NCBI GenBank assembly: GCA_020846995.1
Contig: JADLCV010000127.1
Location: forward strand, 19,364 to 83,363
Origin: Paracoccaceae bacterium
Lineage (GTDB): Bacteria > Pseudomonadota > Alphaproteobacteria > Rhodobacterales > Rhodobacteraceae
DNA length: 64,000 bases
Direction of reading: 5' to 3'
In this document: positions 45,505 to 54,831 of the stretch, piece by piece
Position numbering within the stretch: the first letter of the stretch is position 1
Layout of the letters: the number at the start of each line of letters is the position of its first letter
Notes under the pieces: generated by a model
What the model saw: the letters and a program-made list of their open reading frames with translations, nothing else
Database searches by the model: none
Told to the model about the DNA's origin: nothing
Program-made: the position numbers and the translations under genes

Positions 45505-46527
45505 ATGGGCTATCGTGTCGTCGTCGCCGGGGCCACCGGGAACGTGGGCCGCGAAATGCTGAACATCCTCGCCGAGCGGGAGTTCCCCGTCGACGAGATC
45601 GCCGCCCTCGCCTCGCGGCGGTCGCTCGGCAGCGAGGTGAGCTTCGGCGACCGCACGCTCCGGACCCGGGACATCGAGGGCTTCGACTTCACGGGCTGGG
45701 ACATGGCCCTCTTCGCCATCGGCTCGGGGCCGACGAAGGAATATGCGCCGCGGGCGGCGGGTGCGGGCTGCGTCGTGATCGACAACTCCTCGCTCTACCG
45801 CTACGACCCCGCGGTCCCGCTCGTCGTGCCCGAGGTCAACGCCGAGGCGATCACCCTCTGCCGCAACCGCAACATCATCGCCAACCCCAACTGCTCGACG
45901 GCCCAGATGGTCGTGGCGCTGAAGCCCCTCCACGACCGCGCCCGCATCAGGCGGGTGGTGGTCGCGACCTACCAATCGGTTTCGGGCGCGGGCAAGGAGG
46001 CGATGGACGAGCTCTGGACCCAGACCAAGGGCATCTTCGTCCCCGGCCAGGAGGTGGCGCCGAGGAAGTTCACCAAGCAGATCGCCTTCAACGTCATTCC
46101 CCACATCGACGTCTTCATGGAGGACGGCACGACCAAGGAGGAATGGAAGATGGTGGCCGAGACCAAGAAGATCCTCGACCCCGCCATCAGGGTGACGGCG
46201 ACCTGCGTGCGGGTGCCGGTCTTCGTCGGCCATTCCGAGGCCGTCAACGTCGAGTTCGAGGAGTTCCTCGACGAGGACGAGGCGCGCGAGATCCTGCGCG
46301 AGGCCCCGGGCGTGCTCGTCGTCGACAAGCGCGAGCCCGGGGGCTACGTGACCCCGGTCGAGTGCGTCGGCGAATACGCGACCTACGTCAGCCGCATCCG
46401 CCAGGATCCGACGGTCGAGAACGGGCTCAACCTGTGGGTCGTCTCCGACAACCTGCGCAAGGGTGCCGCTCTCAACGCCGTCCAGATCGCCGAGACCCTC
46501 GGCAACCGCGTCCTCAGGAAGGGTTAG
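45505..46527 (+). CDS. asd: Aspartate-semialdehyde dehydrogenase
   Basis: VVVAGATGNVGREML...IANPNCSTAQMVVALKPL (active-site Cys)...SVSGAG...; RBS GAAGGGAGGG. Confidence 0.95.
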   Translation: MGYRVVVAGATGNVGREMLNILAEREFPVDEIAALASRRSLGSEVSFGDRTLRTRDIEGFDFTGWDMALFAIGSGPTKEYAPRAAGAGCVVIDNSSLYRYDPAVPLVVPEVNAEAITLCRNRNIIANPNCSTAQMVVALKPLHDRARIRRVVVATYQSVSGAGKEAMDELWTQTKGIFVPGQEVAPRKFTKQIAFNVIPHIDVFMEDGTTKEEWKMVAETKKILDPAIRVTATCVRVPVFVGHSEAVNVEFEEFLDEDEAREILREAPGVLVVDKREPGGYVTPVECVGEYATYVSRIRQDPTVENGLNLWVVSDNLRKGAALNAVQIAETLGNRVLRKG

Positions 46528-46530
46528 GAC

Positions 46531-46611
46531 CCGCCGCCCCACCCCCGCCCGTGCGCGGGCACGGGCATTCCCCCCCCCCCCCCGGGCGGGCGCTTCGCGC
46601 CGCCCGCGGCC
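46531..46611. repeat. Double-hairpin intergenic element, copy A (contains a C14 tract)
   Basis: Hairpin 1 at 46547-46566 is GCCCGTGC-gcgg-GCACGGGC. Hairpin 2 at 46584-46605 is GGGCGG(g)CGC-ttc-GCGCCGCCC. It is alignable to copy B. Confidence 0.7.
46570..46583. repeat. Homopolymeric C14 tract
   Basis: Counted directly: c at 46570 plus 13 more. Confidence 0.9.
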
Positions 46612-46712
46612 GGGCGCGAGCCCGTGGCTCGGGGCGAGGACGGGCGAACCATGGCGCAGTCCGCGAATGAATCCACGTTCCCCGGATGGCGACGCCCGGC
46701 CCATGGAACCGC

Positions 46713-46795
46713 CCCGCCGCCTCACCCCCGCCTGTGCGCCGGCACGGGCGGTCCCGCCTATCCCCGAGGGCGGGCGCTTGGCGCCGCCCGTGGCC
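46713..46795. repeat. Double-hairpin intergenic element, copy B
   Basis: Hairpin 1 at 46730-46749 is GCCTGTGC-gccg-GCACGGGC (a C-to-T change gives a T-G wobble). Hairpin 2 at 46768-46789 has the same stem with loop ttg. Confidence 0.7.
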
Positions 46796-46869
46796 CCGCG
46801 GCCGGCATGCGGAGGGAGAGCACGCCGGCCTCCGCATCCTGCCGCGGTGGCCGCGTGCCGGCCGCGGCC

Positions 46870-47790
46870 TCAGCCGCCAGGATCGTCGGGCGCCGGGTCG
46901 TCGCTCCACGGGCGGGGGGCGCGGCGCAGGAGGTGCTCGATGAAGCGCTGGACGGCCAGGCCCTGCGGCTTGTGGACGTTGCGCAGGGCGTAGATCGGCA
47001 CCCGCACCGCGGGCTCGAGGCGGCGGAAGGCGATGCCCGGCCCGTTCACCGCCCGCGCGGTCTCGACATCGACGATGCCGATGCCGCCGCCCGCCTCGAC
47101 CAGCGCGCAGAGCATCACCCCGAGGGCGACCTCGATGCGCGAGCGGACGCCGACGCCATGGGCGGCGAGCGTCGCCTCGAAGAGCCGCCGGAACTCGTCG
47201 CCCTCGGCGAGCGAGATGATCTTCTGCCCCTGGAGGTCGCGGGCGTGAAGGGAGGAGCGCAGCGCGAGCGGGTGGCCGGCAGGCAGCGCGCAGACGGCGG
47301 AGAGGTCGAAGACGCGCTGGCGCTGCACCGAGAGGTCGTTCGAGCGGGCCTGGGCGATGCCGACATCGACCTCGCCCTGGGCCACGAGGCGGACGGTCTC
47401 GGTCGAGCTCCGGAACTGGAACTCGAAGGCGACGTCGGGAAAAAGGCGCACGAACTCGGACGTCACCTCGGGCAGCCATTTCAGCGACAGCGCCACCATC
47501 GTGCTGACGACGATGCGGGCATGGCCGAGGTCCCGCAGGGTTCGCGCGAAGGCCCCGAGATGGCCGAAACCCATGAGGACGCGGCTCGCCTCGGCATAGA
47601 ACTCGCGCGCCTCGTCGGTCGCGTGCAGCCCGCGCGTGGTCCGCTGGAAAAGCCGCAGCCCGAGTTCGTCCTCGAGCGCCTTCAGCGACTTGCTGACGGC
47701 CGGCTGCGACAGGTGCAGGCGCATGGCGGCCTCGGTGATCGAGGCGCATTCCATGATCGCCGCGAAGATCTCGATCTGGCGGTAGTTCAT
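46870..47790 (-). CDS. LysR family transcriptional regulator
   Basis: ATG at 47788-47790: MNYRQIEIFAAIMECASITEAAMRLHLSQPAVSKSLKALEDELGLRLFQR. It is divergent from the ABC operon. Confidence 0.9.
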   Translation of the reverse strand: MNYRQIEIFAAIMECASITEAAMRLHLSQPAVSKSLKALEDELGLRLFQRTTRGLHATDEAREFYAEASRVLMGFGHLGAFARTLRDLGHARIVVSTMVALSLKWLPEVTSEFVRLFPDVAFEFQFRSSTETVRLVAQGEVDVGIAQARSNDLSVQRQRVFDLSAVCALPAGHPLALRSSLHARDLQGQKIISLAEGDEFRRLFEATLAAHGVGVRSRIEVALGVMLCALVEAGGGIGIVDVETARAVNGPGIAFRRLEPAVRVPIYALRNVHKPQGLAVQRFIEHLLRRAPRPWSDDPAPDDPGG

Positions 47791-47852
47791 CGCCCCGGGG
47801 ACCGGCCGGAGGAGGAGCCCCGGCAGGGGTCCGGGCCCCGCGCCGGCAGGCA

Positions 47853-47865
47853 TTCATGCCATGGA
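47853..47865. promoter_or_regulatory. Possible LTTR box TTCATGCCATGGA (T-N11-A with partial dyad)
   Basis: Read directly; 63 nt upstream of the LysR start. This is a weak pattern-only call. Confidence 0.25.
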
Positions 47866-48042
47866 GTTATGGACATCGCAAGCGCCGGGCATTGCTGGAC
47901 CGGGACCGGCGCGCTATCCAGTTCCCATCCGGCAGGGACCGGGGCCGGCGGAATTGCCGTTTCCAGGATTCAGTTGCCACGCCGCGCGCCCGGACGCAAG
48001 GCGGCGGCCCGACCGTCATCCGGCCGTCAAAGGGGGGATAGG

Positions 48043-49581
48043 ATGCCACTGATGCCAAGGAAGACCCTGCGCCACGTCCTGCTGGCGCTGATGTGCTGCG
48101 CCTCGCCCCTCGCGGTCGCCGCGGCGCCGAGCGGCGAGTTGCGCGTCGCGATCGGCATCGACCCCGACACCCTCGACCCCCTGACCAACGCCCTGCCGAT
48201 CGGCAACGCCATCAGCCTCCTGGTCTACAACGGGCTCTACAAGCTCGGGGCGACCAACAACATCGAGCCCGACCTCGCCACCGGATACTCCTACTCGGCC
48301 GACGGCATGGTCCTGACGGTGACCATGGTCACCGGCCGCCATTTCGCCAACGGCGATCCCCTGAACGCCGAGGCCGTGGCGGCCTCGTTCAACCGCCTGC
48401 TCGACCCCACGACGGGTTCGATCTACGCCGGCCTCTACGCCTCGCTCGGCACCGCGGTGGCGGTCGCCGAGGATACCGTCGAGTTCCGCCTCAAGGAGGC
48501 GAACGGCCACGCGCTGATGCTCCTCGCCAACACCGCCGCCGTGATCGTCAACGTCGGCGCCGCCAAGGAGATGGGGGCCGAGTACGGCCGCCATCCGGTC
48601 GGCAGCGGCCCCTACATGGTCGAGGACTACGTTGGCGGCGAGCGCATCAGCCTCGTCCCGAGCCCGAGCTACGACGGCCCGGCCCCGGCGACGCTCGAGC
48701 GCATCACCTTCATCGCCGCGCCCGAGGACGGCTCGCGCATGGCGCTGCTCGAGACCGGCGACGTCGACATCGCCGAGCGGGTGCCGCCCGAGGCGATCCC
48801 GACCATCCAGGCCCTCGATGACGCCGAGGTCCGCCTCCTGCCCAGCATGTTCTCGATCAGCATGGAACTGGTGCTGCGGGGGCCCCTGACCGACGCGAGG
48901 GTGCGCCAGGCGCTGAATATCTCGGTCGACCGCGAGGGCATCACCACGGGCGTCCTCGGCGGCCTCGCCACGCCCTCGGTCGGCATGGTCGGGCCCGGCA
49001 CCCAGGACGACCTGCGCCGCACCTTCGATCCCCTTCCCTACGATCCCGAGCGGGCCAAGGCCCTCCTCGCCGAGGCGGGCTACGGCCCGGGCCAGCTTGC
49101 GCTGACCATGACCTGCCCGACCGGGCGCTACATCAAGGACGTGCAGGCCTGCCAGGCCCTGCAGGGACTGTGGCAGGCGATCGGCATCAACGTGAACGCC
49201 AACATCGTCGACCGCGGCACCTGGTCCGGCGTCATCAACACCGTGCCCGACGAGCGCAAGGACAACATGGGCATGGTCGGCCGGGCCACGGCGGGGATCG
49301 ACTACACGCTCTACCGCCTCTTCTACACCGGCGTCGGCGCCAACCGCACCGGCTTCAGCAACGCTCGGGTGGACGAACTCCTGCGCCTCGGCCGCACCAC
49401 CAGCGACCCCGCCAGGCAGAAGGAGATCTACGGCGAGGTCCAGGAGATCGTCTGGACCGAGCAGCCCTTCGTCTTCCTCTGGTACCAGAAGCAGGCGATC
49501 GGGGTCGGCGACGACGTCAAGGGCCTCGAGGTGCGCCCCGACGAGACGATGATCCTCGGCACCGTGACCGTCGAGCGCTGA
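48043..49581 (+). CDS. Family-5 (peptide/opine/nickel) ABC substrate-binding protein
   Basis: ATG at 48043 is in frame in the tracked ORF. Signal peptide MPLMPRKTLRHVLLALMCCASPLAVAAA; the body is typical of DppA-like SBPs (GSGPYMVEDY...). Confidence 0.9.
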   Translation: MPLMPRKTLRHVLLALMCCASPLAVAAAPSGELRVAIGIDPDTLDPLTNALPIGNAISLLVYNGLYKLGATNNIEPDLATGYSYSADGMVLTVTMVTGRHFANGDPLNAEAVAASFNRLLDPTTGSIYAGLYASLGTAVAVAEDTVEFRLKEANGHALMLLANTAAVIVNVGAAKEMGAEYGRHPVGSGPYMVEDYVGGERISLVPSPSYDGPAPATLERITFIAAPEDGSRMALLETGDVDIAERVPPEAIPTIQALDDAEVRLLPSMFSISMELVLRGPLTDARVRQALNISVDREGITTGVLGGLATPSVGMVGPGTQDDLRRTFDPLPYDPERAKALLAEAGYGPGQLALTMTCPTGRYIKDVQACQALQGLWQAIGINVNANIVDRGTWSGVINTVPDERKDNMGMVGRATAGIDYTLYRLFYTGVGANRTGFSNARVDELLRLGRTTSDPARQKEIYGEVQEIVWTEQPFVFLWYQKQAIGVGDDVKGLEVRPDETMILGTVTVER

Positions 49582-49608
49582 CGGCGTCAGGGCGCGGGAA
49601 ACGGGGGG

Positions 49609-50532
49609 ATGTTCGTCGTCCGGAGGCTGATCGCGGCGGTGCCGGTCCTCGTCATCGTCTCGGTCCTGGTCTTCTGGTTCGTCGACCTGATCCCCGGCGA
49701 CCCCGCCCAGATGCTCGCCGGGACCATGGCGACCGATGCCGAGGTCGCGGCCATCCGCGAGTTCCTCGGCCTCGACAGGCCGCTCGGCACCCGCTACGTG
49801 ATGTTCTTGCGCGGCCTCGTCGATCCCGACCTCGCCAAGTCGTTCCGCACCGGCCGCCCGGTCGCCCTCGAGATCGCCGAACGCATGCCGACGACGGTGG
49901 TGATCGCGGTCGGCGGGCTTCTCGTCGGGCTGATCGTCGGGGCGCTCTCGGGGGTCGCCTGCGCGCTCCGCCAGGGCACGCTGACCGACACCGTCATCAC
50001 CGTCCTGACGCTCGCCGGCATCTCGATGCCGATCTACTGGCTCGGCCTTCTCTGCATCTGGCTCTTTGCCGTGCACCTCGGCTGGCTGCCGGCGGCCGGC
50101 GCCAGCACGCCGGCCCATTTCGTGCTGCCGATCCTCGCCGTCGCCACCCGCCCGGCCGCGACCTTCAGCCGCCTCGTCACCGCCAACCTGCTCGAGGTGA
50201 TGGGAAAGGATTACCTCGACACCGCCCGCTCCAAGGGCCTGAGCGAGATGCGCGTGATCCTCGTCCACGCCCTCCGCAACTCGCTCATAGCCGCCGTCAG
50301 CGTCGCCGGCGTCCAGTTCGGCGCCATGCTCGGCGGTTCGGTCATCAACGAGACGGTCTTCGGCGTGCCCGGGATCGGGCGCCTCCTCGTGCAGGCGGTC
50401 GGCAGTTCCGACTACCCGATCATCCAGTATTGCATCCTGATGTTTGCCGTCTTCTTCGTCGTCATCAACCTCGCGACCGACCTCCTGACAATGTGGCTTG
50501 ACCCGCGCACGCGCCAGCCGGTGACACGGTAG
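49609..50532 (+). CDS. ABC transporter permease (DppB-like)
   Basis: 307 aa: MFVVRRLIAAVPVLVIVSVLVFW...DYLDTARSKGL... Confidence 0.9.
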   Translation: MFVVRRLIAAVPVLVIVSVLVFWFVDLIPGDPAQMLAGTMATDAEVAAIREFLGLDRPLGTRYVMFLRGLVDPDLAKSFRTGRPVALEIAERMPTTVVIAVGGLLVGLIVGALSGVACALRQGTLTDTVITVLTLAGISMPIYWLGLLCIWLFAVHLGWLPAAGASTPAHFVLPILAVATRPAATFSRLVTANLLEVMGKDYLDTARSKGLSEMRVILVHALRNSLIAAVSVAGVQFGAMLGGSVINETVFGVPGIGRLLVQAVGSSDYPIIQYCILMFAVFFVVINLATDLLTMWLDPRTRQPVTR

Positions 50533-50545
50533 CGGGGTCGCGGGG

Positions 50546-52510
50546 ATGGCCGAGGTCACACCCGGGGCGGCGAACGGGGCGGCGGCCGAGGCGGCGGGCG
50601 TCGCCGCGTTGCCCCCGCGGCGGACGCGCCTTGACGACCTCCGCCGGCTCGTGCGCCAGCCGAAAGGGGTGATCGGGCTTGCTCTCGTCGCCTTCTATGC
50701 CGTCCTCGCCGTGGCCGGCCCCTCCCTCGCCCCCCTCGACCCTTACGTCCAGAACTTCGCCGCGACCCTCCGGCCGCCCTCGTCGGCGCACTGGTTCGGC
50801 ACCGACCAGCTTGGCCGCGACGTCTTCTCCCGGGTGCTGACGGGGGCGCGGGCCTCGCTCGGCATCGGCGTCGGCGGCGTCGCCGTCGCCTTCGTCGTCG
50901 GCGTCCCGCTCGGCCTCGCCGCCGCCTGGCGGCGCGGCTGGCTCGACATGCTCGTGATGCGCGCCGTCGACATCATGCTCAGCTTTCCCGACATCGTCTT
51001 CGCCCTCGCGATCGTCGCCGTCCTCGGGGCCAGCACCGAGAACGTCATCATCGCCGTCGGCGTCGTCGCCATCCCGGTCTTCGTGCGCACCTCGCGCGCG
51101 GTGGCGATGAGCGTCATCGCCGAGCCCTTCGTCGAGGGCAACACCGCCCTCGGCAGCGCTCCCCTCCGGGTCCTCGCGCTGCACGTCCTGCCGAACATGG
51201 CCGGCATCCTCGTCACCCTCGCGAGCCTCCTCTTCGCCTCGACGCTGCTCGCCGCCTCGGGGCTCGGCTTTCTCGGCCTCGGGGTGCAGCCGCCGCAGCC
51301 CGAATGGGGGACGATGCTCGGCGAGAGCCGGTCCTACATCCGCAGCCACCCCTTCCTCGCCACCTTCCCCGGCCTTTTCCTTGCCGTCTCGGCCCTGGGC
51401 TTCAACCTGCTCGGCGAGGCCCTGCGGACGATCTACGACCCGACCGCGGTCCGCATCCCCCGCCGCTTCCGCCGCCGCGCCCGGCCGGCCGCGGCGGCCC
51501 GCGGCGGGGACAGGGAGGGTGCGGCGGCGGAGGCCGTCGTCGCCGCCCGCGACCTCGAGGTCTCGTATCTGACCGAGCGGGGGCACCTGCCGGCGGTGCG
51601 CGGCGTCGACATCGACATGGTGGCCGGGCGGACCCTCGCCATCGTCGGCGAATCGGGGTCGGGCAAGAGCACGCTCCTGCGCGCGATCGGCACCCTCCTG
51701 CCCGCCGGGCAGGCCGCGGTCACCGGCGGCCGGCTGGTCATCGCCGGCAGCGATCCCCTCGCCATGTCGCCTGCGGCCATCCGGGCCCTCCGCCGGCGCG
51801 CCATCGGCGTCGTCTTCCAGGACGCGGCGAGCGCTCTCAACCCGGTGATGACGATCGGCGACCAGCTTGTCGAGGCGATCACCGCCGGCCGCCCGCTGCC
51901 GCGGCGCGAGGCGCGCCGGATCGCCGCCGGCCTGCTCCGCGACGTCCAGATCTCCGATCCCGAGGGGCGTCTCGACACCTATCCCCACCAGTTCTCGGGC
52001 GGCATGAAGCAGCGGATGGTGATCGCCATCGCTCTTGCCCAGGCCCCCGCGGTGCTTCTGGCCGACGAACCGACGAGCGCCCTCGACGTCACCATCCAGC
52101 AGCAGATCCTGACCCTCCTGCGCGACATCCAGCGCCGGCGCGGCATGGCGATGCTGCTCGTCACCCATGATCTCGGGCTGGTGGCGCGCTATGCCGACGA
52201 CGTCGGCGTCATGTATGCCGGCCGCATCGTCGAAGCGGGCGCCGTCGAGCAGGTCTTCGGCGACCCGCGCCATCCCTACACCCGCGCCCTGCGGCTCTCG
52301 ACGCCGCGGCTGCGGAGCGAGGGGGCGGGCCGCCTGCTGCCCGCGATCGCGGGCGAGCCGCCGCTGATCGGCCATCTCCCACCCGGCTGCGCCTTCGCGC
52401 CCCGCTGCCCGCTCGGCGCCGGGCGCGAGCGCTGCCGGACCGCCATGCCCGAACTGAGGCCGCTCGGCTGCCGCGCCGTCGCCTGCCACTTCGCCGAGGA
52501 GGTGGCCTGA
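50546..52510 (+). CDS. Fused ABC permease (DppC-like) and ATP-binding (DppD-like) protein
   Basis: One 654-codon ORF. The permease half is GTDQLGRDVFSRV.... An R-rich linker follows. The ATPase half is GESGSGKST, FSGGMKQRMVIAIA, LLADEPTSALD, GCAFAPRCP. Confidence 0.85.
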   Translation: MAEVTPGAANGAAAEAAGVAALPPRRTRLDDLRRLVRQPKGVIGLALVAFYAVLAVAGPSLAPLDPYVQNFAATLRPPSSAHWFGTDQLGRDVFSRVLTGARASLGIGVGGVAVAFVVGVPLGLAAAWRRGWLDMLVMRAVDIMLSFPDIVFALAIVAVLGASTENVIIAVGVVAIPVFVRTSRAVAMSVIAEPFVEGNTALGSAPLRVLALHVLPNMAGILVTLASLLFASTLLAASGLGFLGLGVQPPQPEWGTMLGESRSYIRSHPFLATFPGLFLAVSALGFNLLGEALRTIYDPTAVRIPRRFRRRARPAAAARGGDREGAAAEAVVAARDLEVSYLTERGHLPAVRGVDIDMVAGRTLAIVGESGSGKSTLLRAIGTLLPAGQAAVTGGRLVIAGSDPLAMSPAAIRALRRRAIGVVFQDAASALNPVMTIGDQLVEAITAGRPLPRREARRIAAGLLRDVQISDPEGRLDTYPHQFSGGMKQRMVIAIALAQAPAVLLADEPTSALDVTIQQQILTLLRDIQRRRGMAMLLVTHDLGLVARYADDVGVMYAGRIVEAGAVEQVFGDPRHPYTRALRLSTPRLRSEGAGRLLPAIAGEPPLIGHLPPGCAFAPRCPLGAGRERCRTAMPELRPLGCRAVACHFAEEVA

Positions 52511-53601
52511 TGCGCCCGGCCGCCGCGCCGCCCCCGGAGGCCGCCGCCGCCGACATCTTCGTCGTCCGCGACCTCTCGGTCGATTTCGAGATCCAGAGCG
52601 GGTTCCTCGGGCTGGGCGGACACCAGACCCTGCGCGCGGTCCAGGACGTGTCGATCACCTTCCGCCGCGGCGCCTGCTTCGCGATCGTGGGCGAATCGGG
52701 CTCGGGCAAGACGACCCTCGCGCGCACCCTCATGGGGCTCGTGCGGCCGACCTCGGGACGGGTGGAGTTCGACCGCGTCTCGGTCGGCGACCTCGACGGG
52801 CGCGCGGTGCGCCGGATGCGCCGGCGGGTGCAGATGGTGATGCAGGACCCCCGCGCGGCAATGGACCCCCGCCAGCGGGTCGCGAGCATCCTGCGCGAGG
52901 CCCTCGTCGTCCACGGCATCGGCCGCGACCCCGCCGACCGGCGGCGCCGGATCGAGGCCGTGATCCAGCAGGTCGGGCTCGCGCCCATGCATCTCGACCG
53001 CTACGCCAACCAGCTCTCGGGCGGCCAGCGCCAGCGGGTGGCGATCGCGCGCGCGATCATCGTCGAGCCGCAGGCCCTGATCCTCGACGAGCCGGTCAGC
53101 GCGCTCGACGTCTCGATCCAGGCCCAGATCGTCAACCTCCTCGTCGAACTGCAGGAACGGCTCGGGCTGACCTATGTGCTCATCACCCACGACCTCTCGC
53201 TCGTCGGCCATTTCGCCGACGAGGTGGCGGTGATGTATCTCGGCCGCGTCGTCGAGCAGGGGCCGACGCGCGACGTCGTCGCCGCCCCCGCCCATCCCTA
53301 CACCGAAAGCCTGCTCTCGGTCGTCGCGAGCGAGGATCCCGGCGAGGAGAAGGCCCGCGTCGTGACGCTGCTCGAGGGCAGCATCCCGAGCCCGCTCGCG
53401 CAGCCCCCGGGCTGCGCCTTCCACACCCGCTGCCCGCACGCCCGCCGACTGGCCGCGACGCTTGCCCCCGACCGCGTGGTCGCGGTCGACGGCCGCGCCG
53501 TGCCGCGGGTCTGCGCCACGACGCTGCCGCCCGCGCATCGTTTCGCGGGCCCCGGGCCGCGTTCGGCAAGCTGCCACTTCCCGCTCCATCCCCTCGCATG
53601 A
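52510..53601 (+). CDS. Peptide-type ABC transporter ATP-binding protein (DppF-like)
   Basis: The ATG overlaps the upstream TGA by 1 nt. GESGSGKTT, LSGGQRQRVAIARA, LILDEPVSALD, GCAFHTRCP. Confidence 0.9.
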   Translation: MRPAAAPPPEAAAADIFVVRDLSVDFEIQSGFLGLGGHQTLRAVQDVSITFRRGACFAIVGESGSGKTTLARTLMGLVRPTSGRVEFDRVSVGDLDGRAVRRMRRRVQMVMQDPRAAMDPRQRVASILREALVVHGIGRDPADRRRRIEAVIQQVGLAPMHLDRYANQLSGGQRQRVAIARAIIVEPQALILDEPVSALDVSIQAQIVNLLVELQERLGLTYVLITHDLSLVGHFADEVAVMYLGRVVEQGPTRDVVAAPAHPYTESLLSVVASEDPGEEKARVVTLLEGSIPSPLAQPPGCAFHTRCPHARRLAATLAPDRVVAVDGRAVPRVCATTLPPAHRFAGPGPRSASCHFPLHPLA

Positions 53602-53746
53602 GGCGGGCCGGGGGCGGGGAGCGGGGAGAGGGCCGGGGACGGGGCGCAGGACGCCCGCGGCCGCGGAACCGGGGGGCCCCGACGGGCCCGGGCGAAGGAA
53701 TGTCGCGGTCGCGGGCCGGCCGGACGGAAGAAGGAGTGGACGACCG

Positions 53747-54715
53747 ATGCTGACCGATTTCGATCCCGGACGCCGGGGCAAGCACCACTACGCCATCGCC
53801 GTCCCCGCCGGGGTCGGGGCCGGCGTGGTCCCCGACGCGCTCACCTGCATCACCAACGGCGAGGGCCCGACGGTCGTGCTGACGGGGGGGGTCCACGGCG
53901 ACGAGTTCGAGGCCCAGATCGTCCTGCGCGGGCTTGCCGCCGCGATCGGGGCGGACGAGGTCCGCGGCCGGCTGGTCATCGTCCCCTCGCTCAACTTCCC
54001 CGCCAGCCAGCGGGGGGCGCGGATCGCGCCCGACGACGGCAGGAACATGAACCGCGTCTTTCCCGGCAACCGCGGCGGATCGCCGACCGAGCAGCTGGCG
54101 GCGCTCCTGACGGGGACGCTGTTCCCGCTCGCCGACCTCCTCATCGACGTCCATGCCGGGGGCGGCGACGTCACCGTGGTGCCGATGGTCTTCGGCTTCA
54201 GCAACGATCGCTGCACGGTCGGGCCGGCGGCGCTGCAGCGGATCCTCGAATCCTGGGGCTATCCCTACATCGAGTATGTCGACGGCATCGCCTCGACCGC
54301 CTGCGGGGCGGCGCTCGCGGCCGACATTGCCTCGGTCGAGATCGAGGGCGGCGGCGGCGGGCGGCTCCTGCGGCGCGAGCTCGACCTCATGCGCGACGGC
54401 ATCCTGCGCGGCCTCGCCGCGGCCGGGGTGCTGGCCCCGCGGCTGCCGGCGCTTGCCTTCCAGGGCCTGCACGTCACCGTCGGCGCCGAAAACCAGATCG
54501 TCGCCCCGCGGGCGGGCCTCGTCGAGCATCTCTGCGGGCTCGGCGACATCGTCGCGGCGGGCACGATCGTCGCCCGCCTGCATCCCCTCGCCGGCAGCAG
54601 CGACGAGGTGACCGAGGTCGCGAGCGCGCGCGAAGGGGTCATCCTGCGCCAGACGGATCACGTCCATGTTGCCCGTGGCCAGTTCCTTGCCAACACCGGG
54701 ACGCGGCGGGGATGA
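53747..54715 (+). CDS. Succinylglutamate desuccinylase / aspartoacylase (AstE/AspA) family deacylase
   Basis: ATG at 53747 follows GAAGGAG. Metal-ligand-like motifs GGVHGDEFE and DVHAGG; 322 aa. Confidence 0.85.
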   Translation: MLTDFDPGRRGKHHYAIAVPAGVGAGVVPDALTCITNGEGPTVVLTGGVHGDEFEAQIVLRGLAAAIGADEVRGRLVIVPSLNFPASQRGARIAPDDGRNMNRVFPGNRGGSPTEQLAALLTGTLFPLADLLIDVHAGGGDVTVVPMVFGFSNDRCTVGPAALQRILESWGYPYIEYVDGIASTACGAALAADIASVEIEGGGGGRLLRRELDLMRDGILRGLAAAGVLAPRLPALAFQGLHVTVGAENQIVAPRAGLVEHLCGLGDIVAAGTIVARLHPLAGSSDEVTEVASAREGVILRQTDHVHVARGQFLANTGTRRG

Positions 54716-54831
54716 GGGCGGCGGGGCGAGGGCGCCCGGGCGGGGGGGCGGCGGCGGCCGGACCCGGGGCCCGGTGCGGGATCGGGGCAGGGGCCGGGCC
54801 GGACGGCCGGCCCGCAGGGAGCGGCAGGACC

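Noticed and set aside
46570-46583. C14 tract as a phase-variation switch
   Set aside because: It lies between two convergent stop codons, not in a promoter or coding region, so no gene would be switched by length changes.
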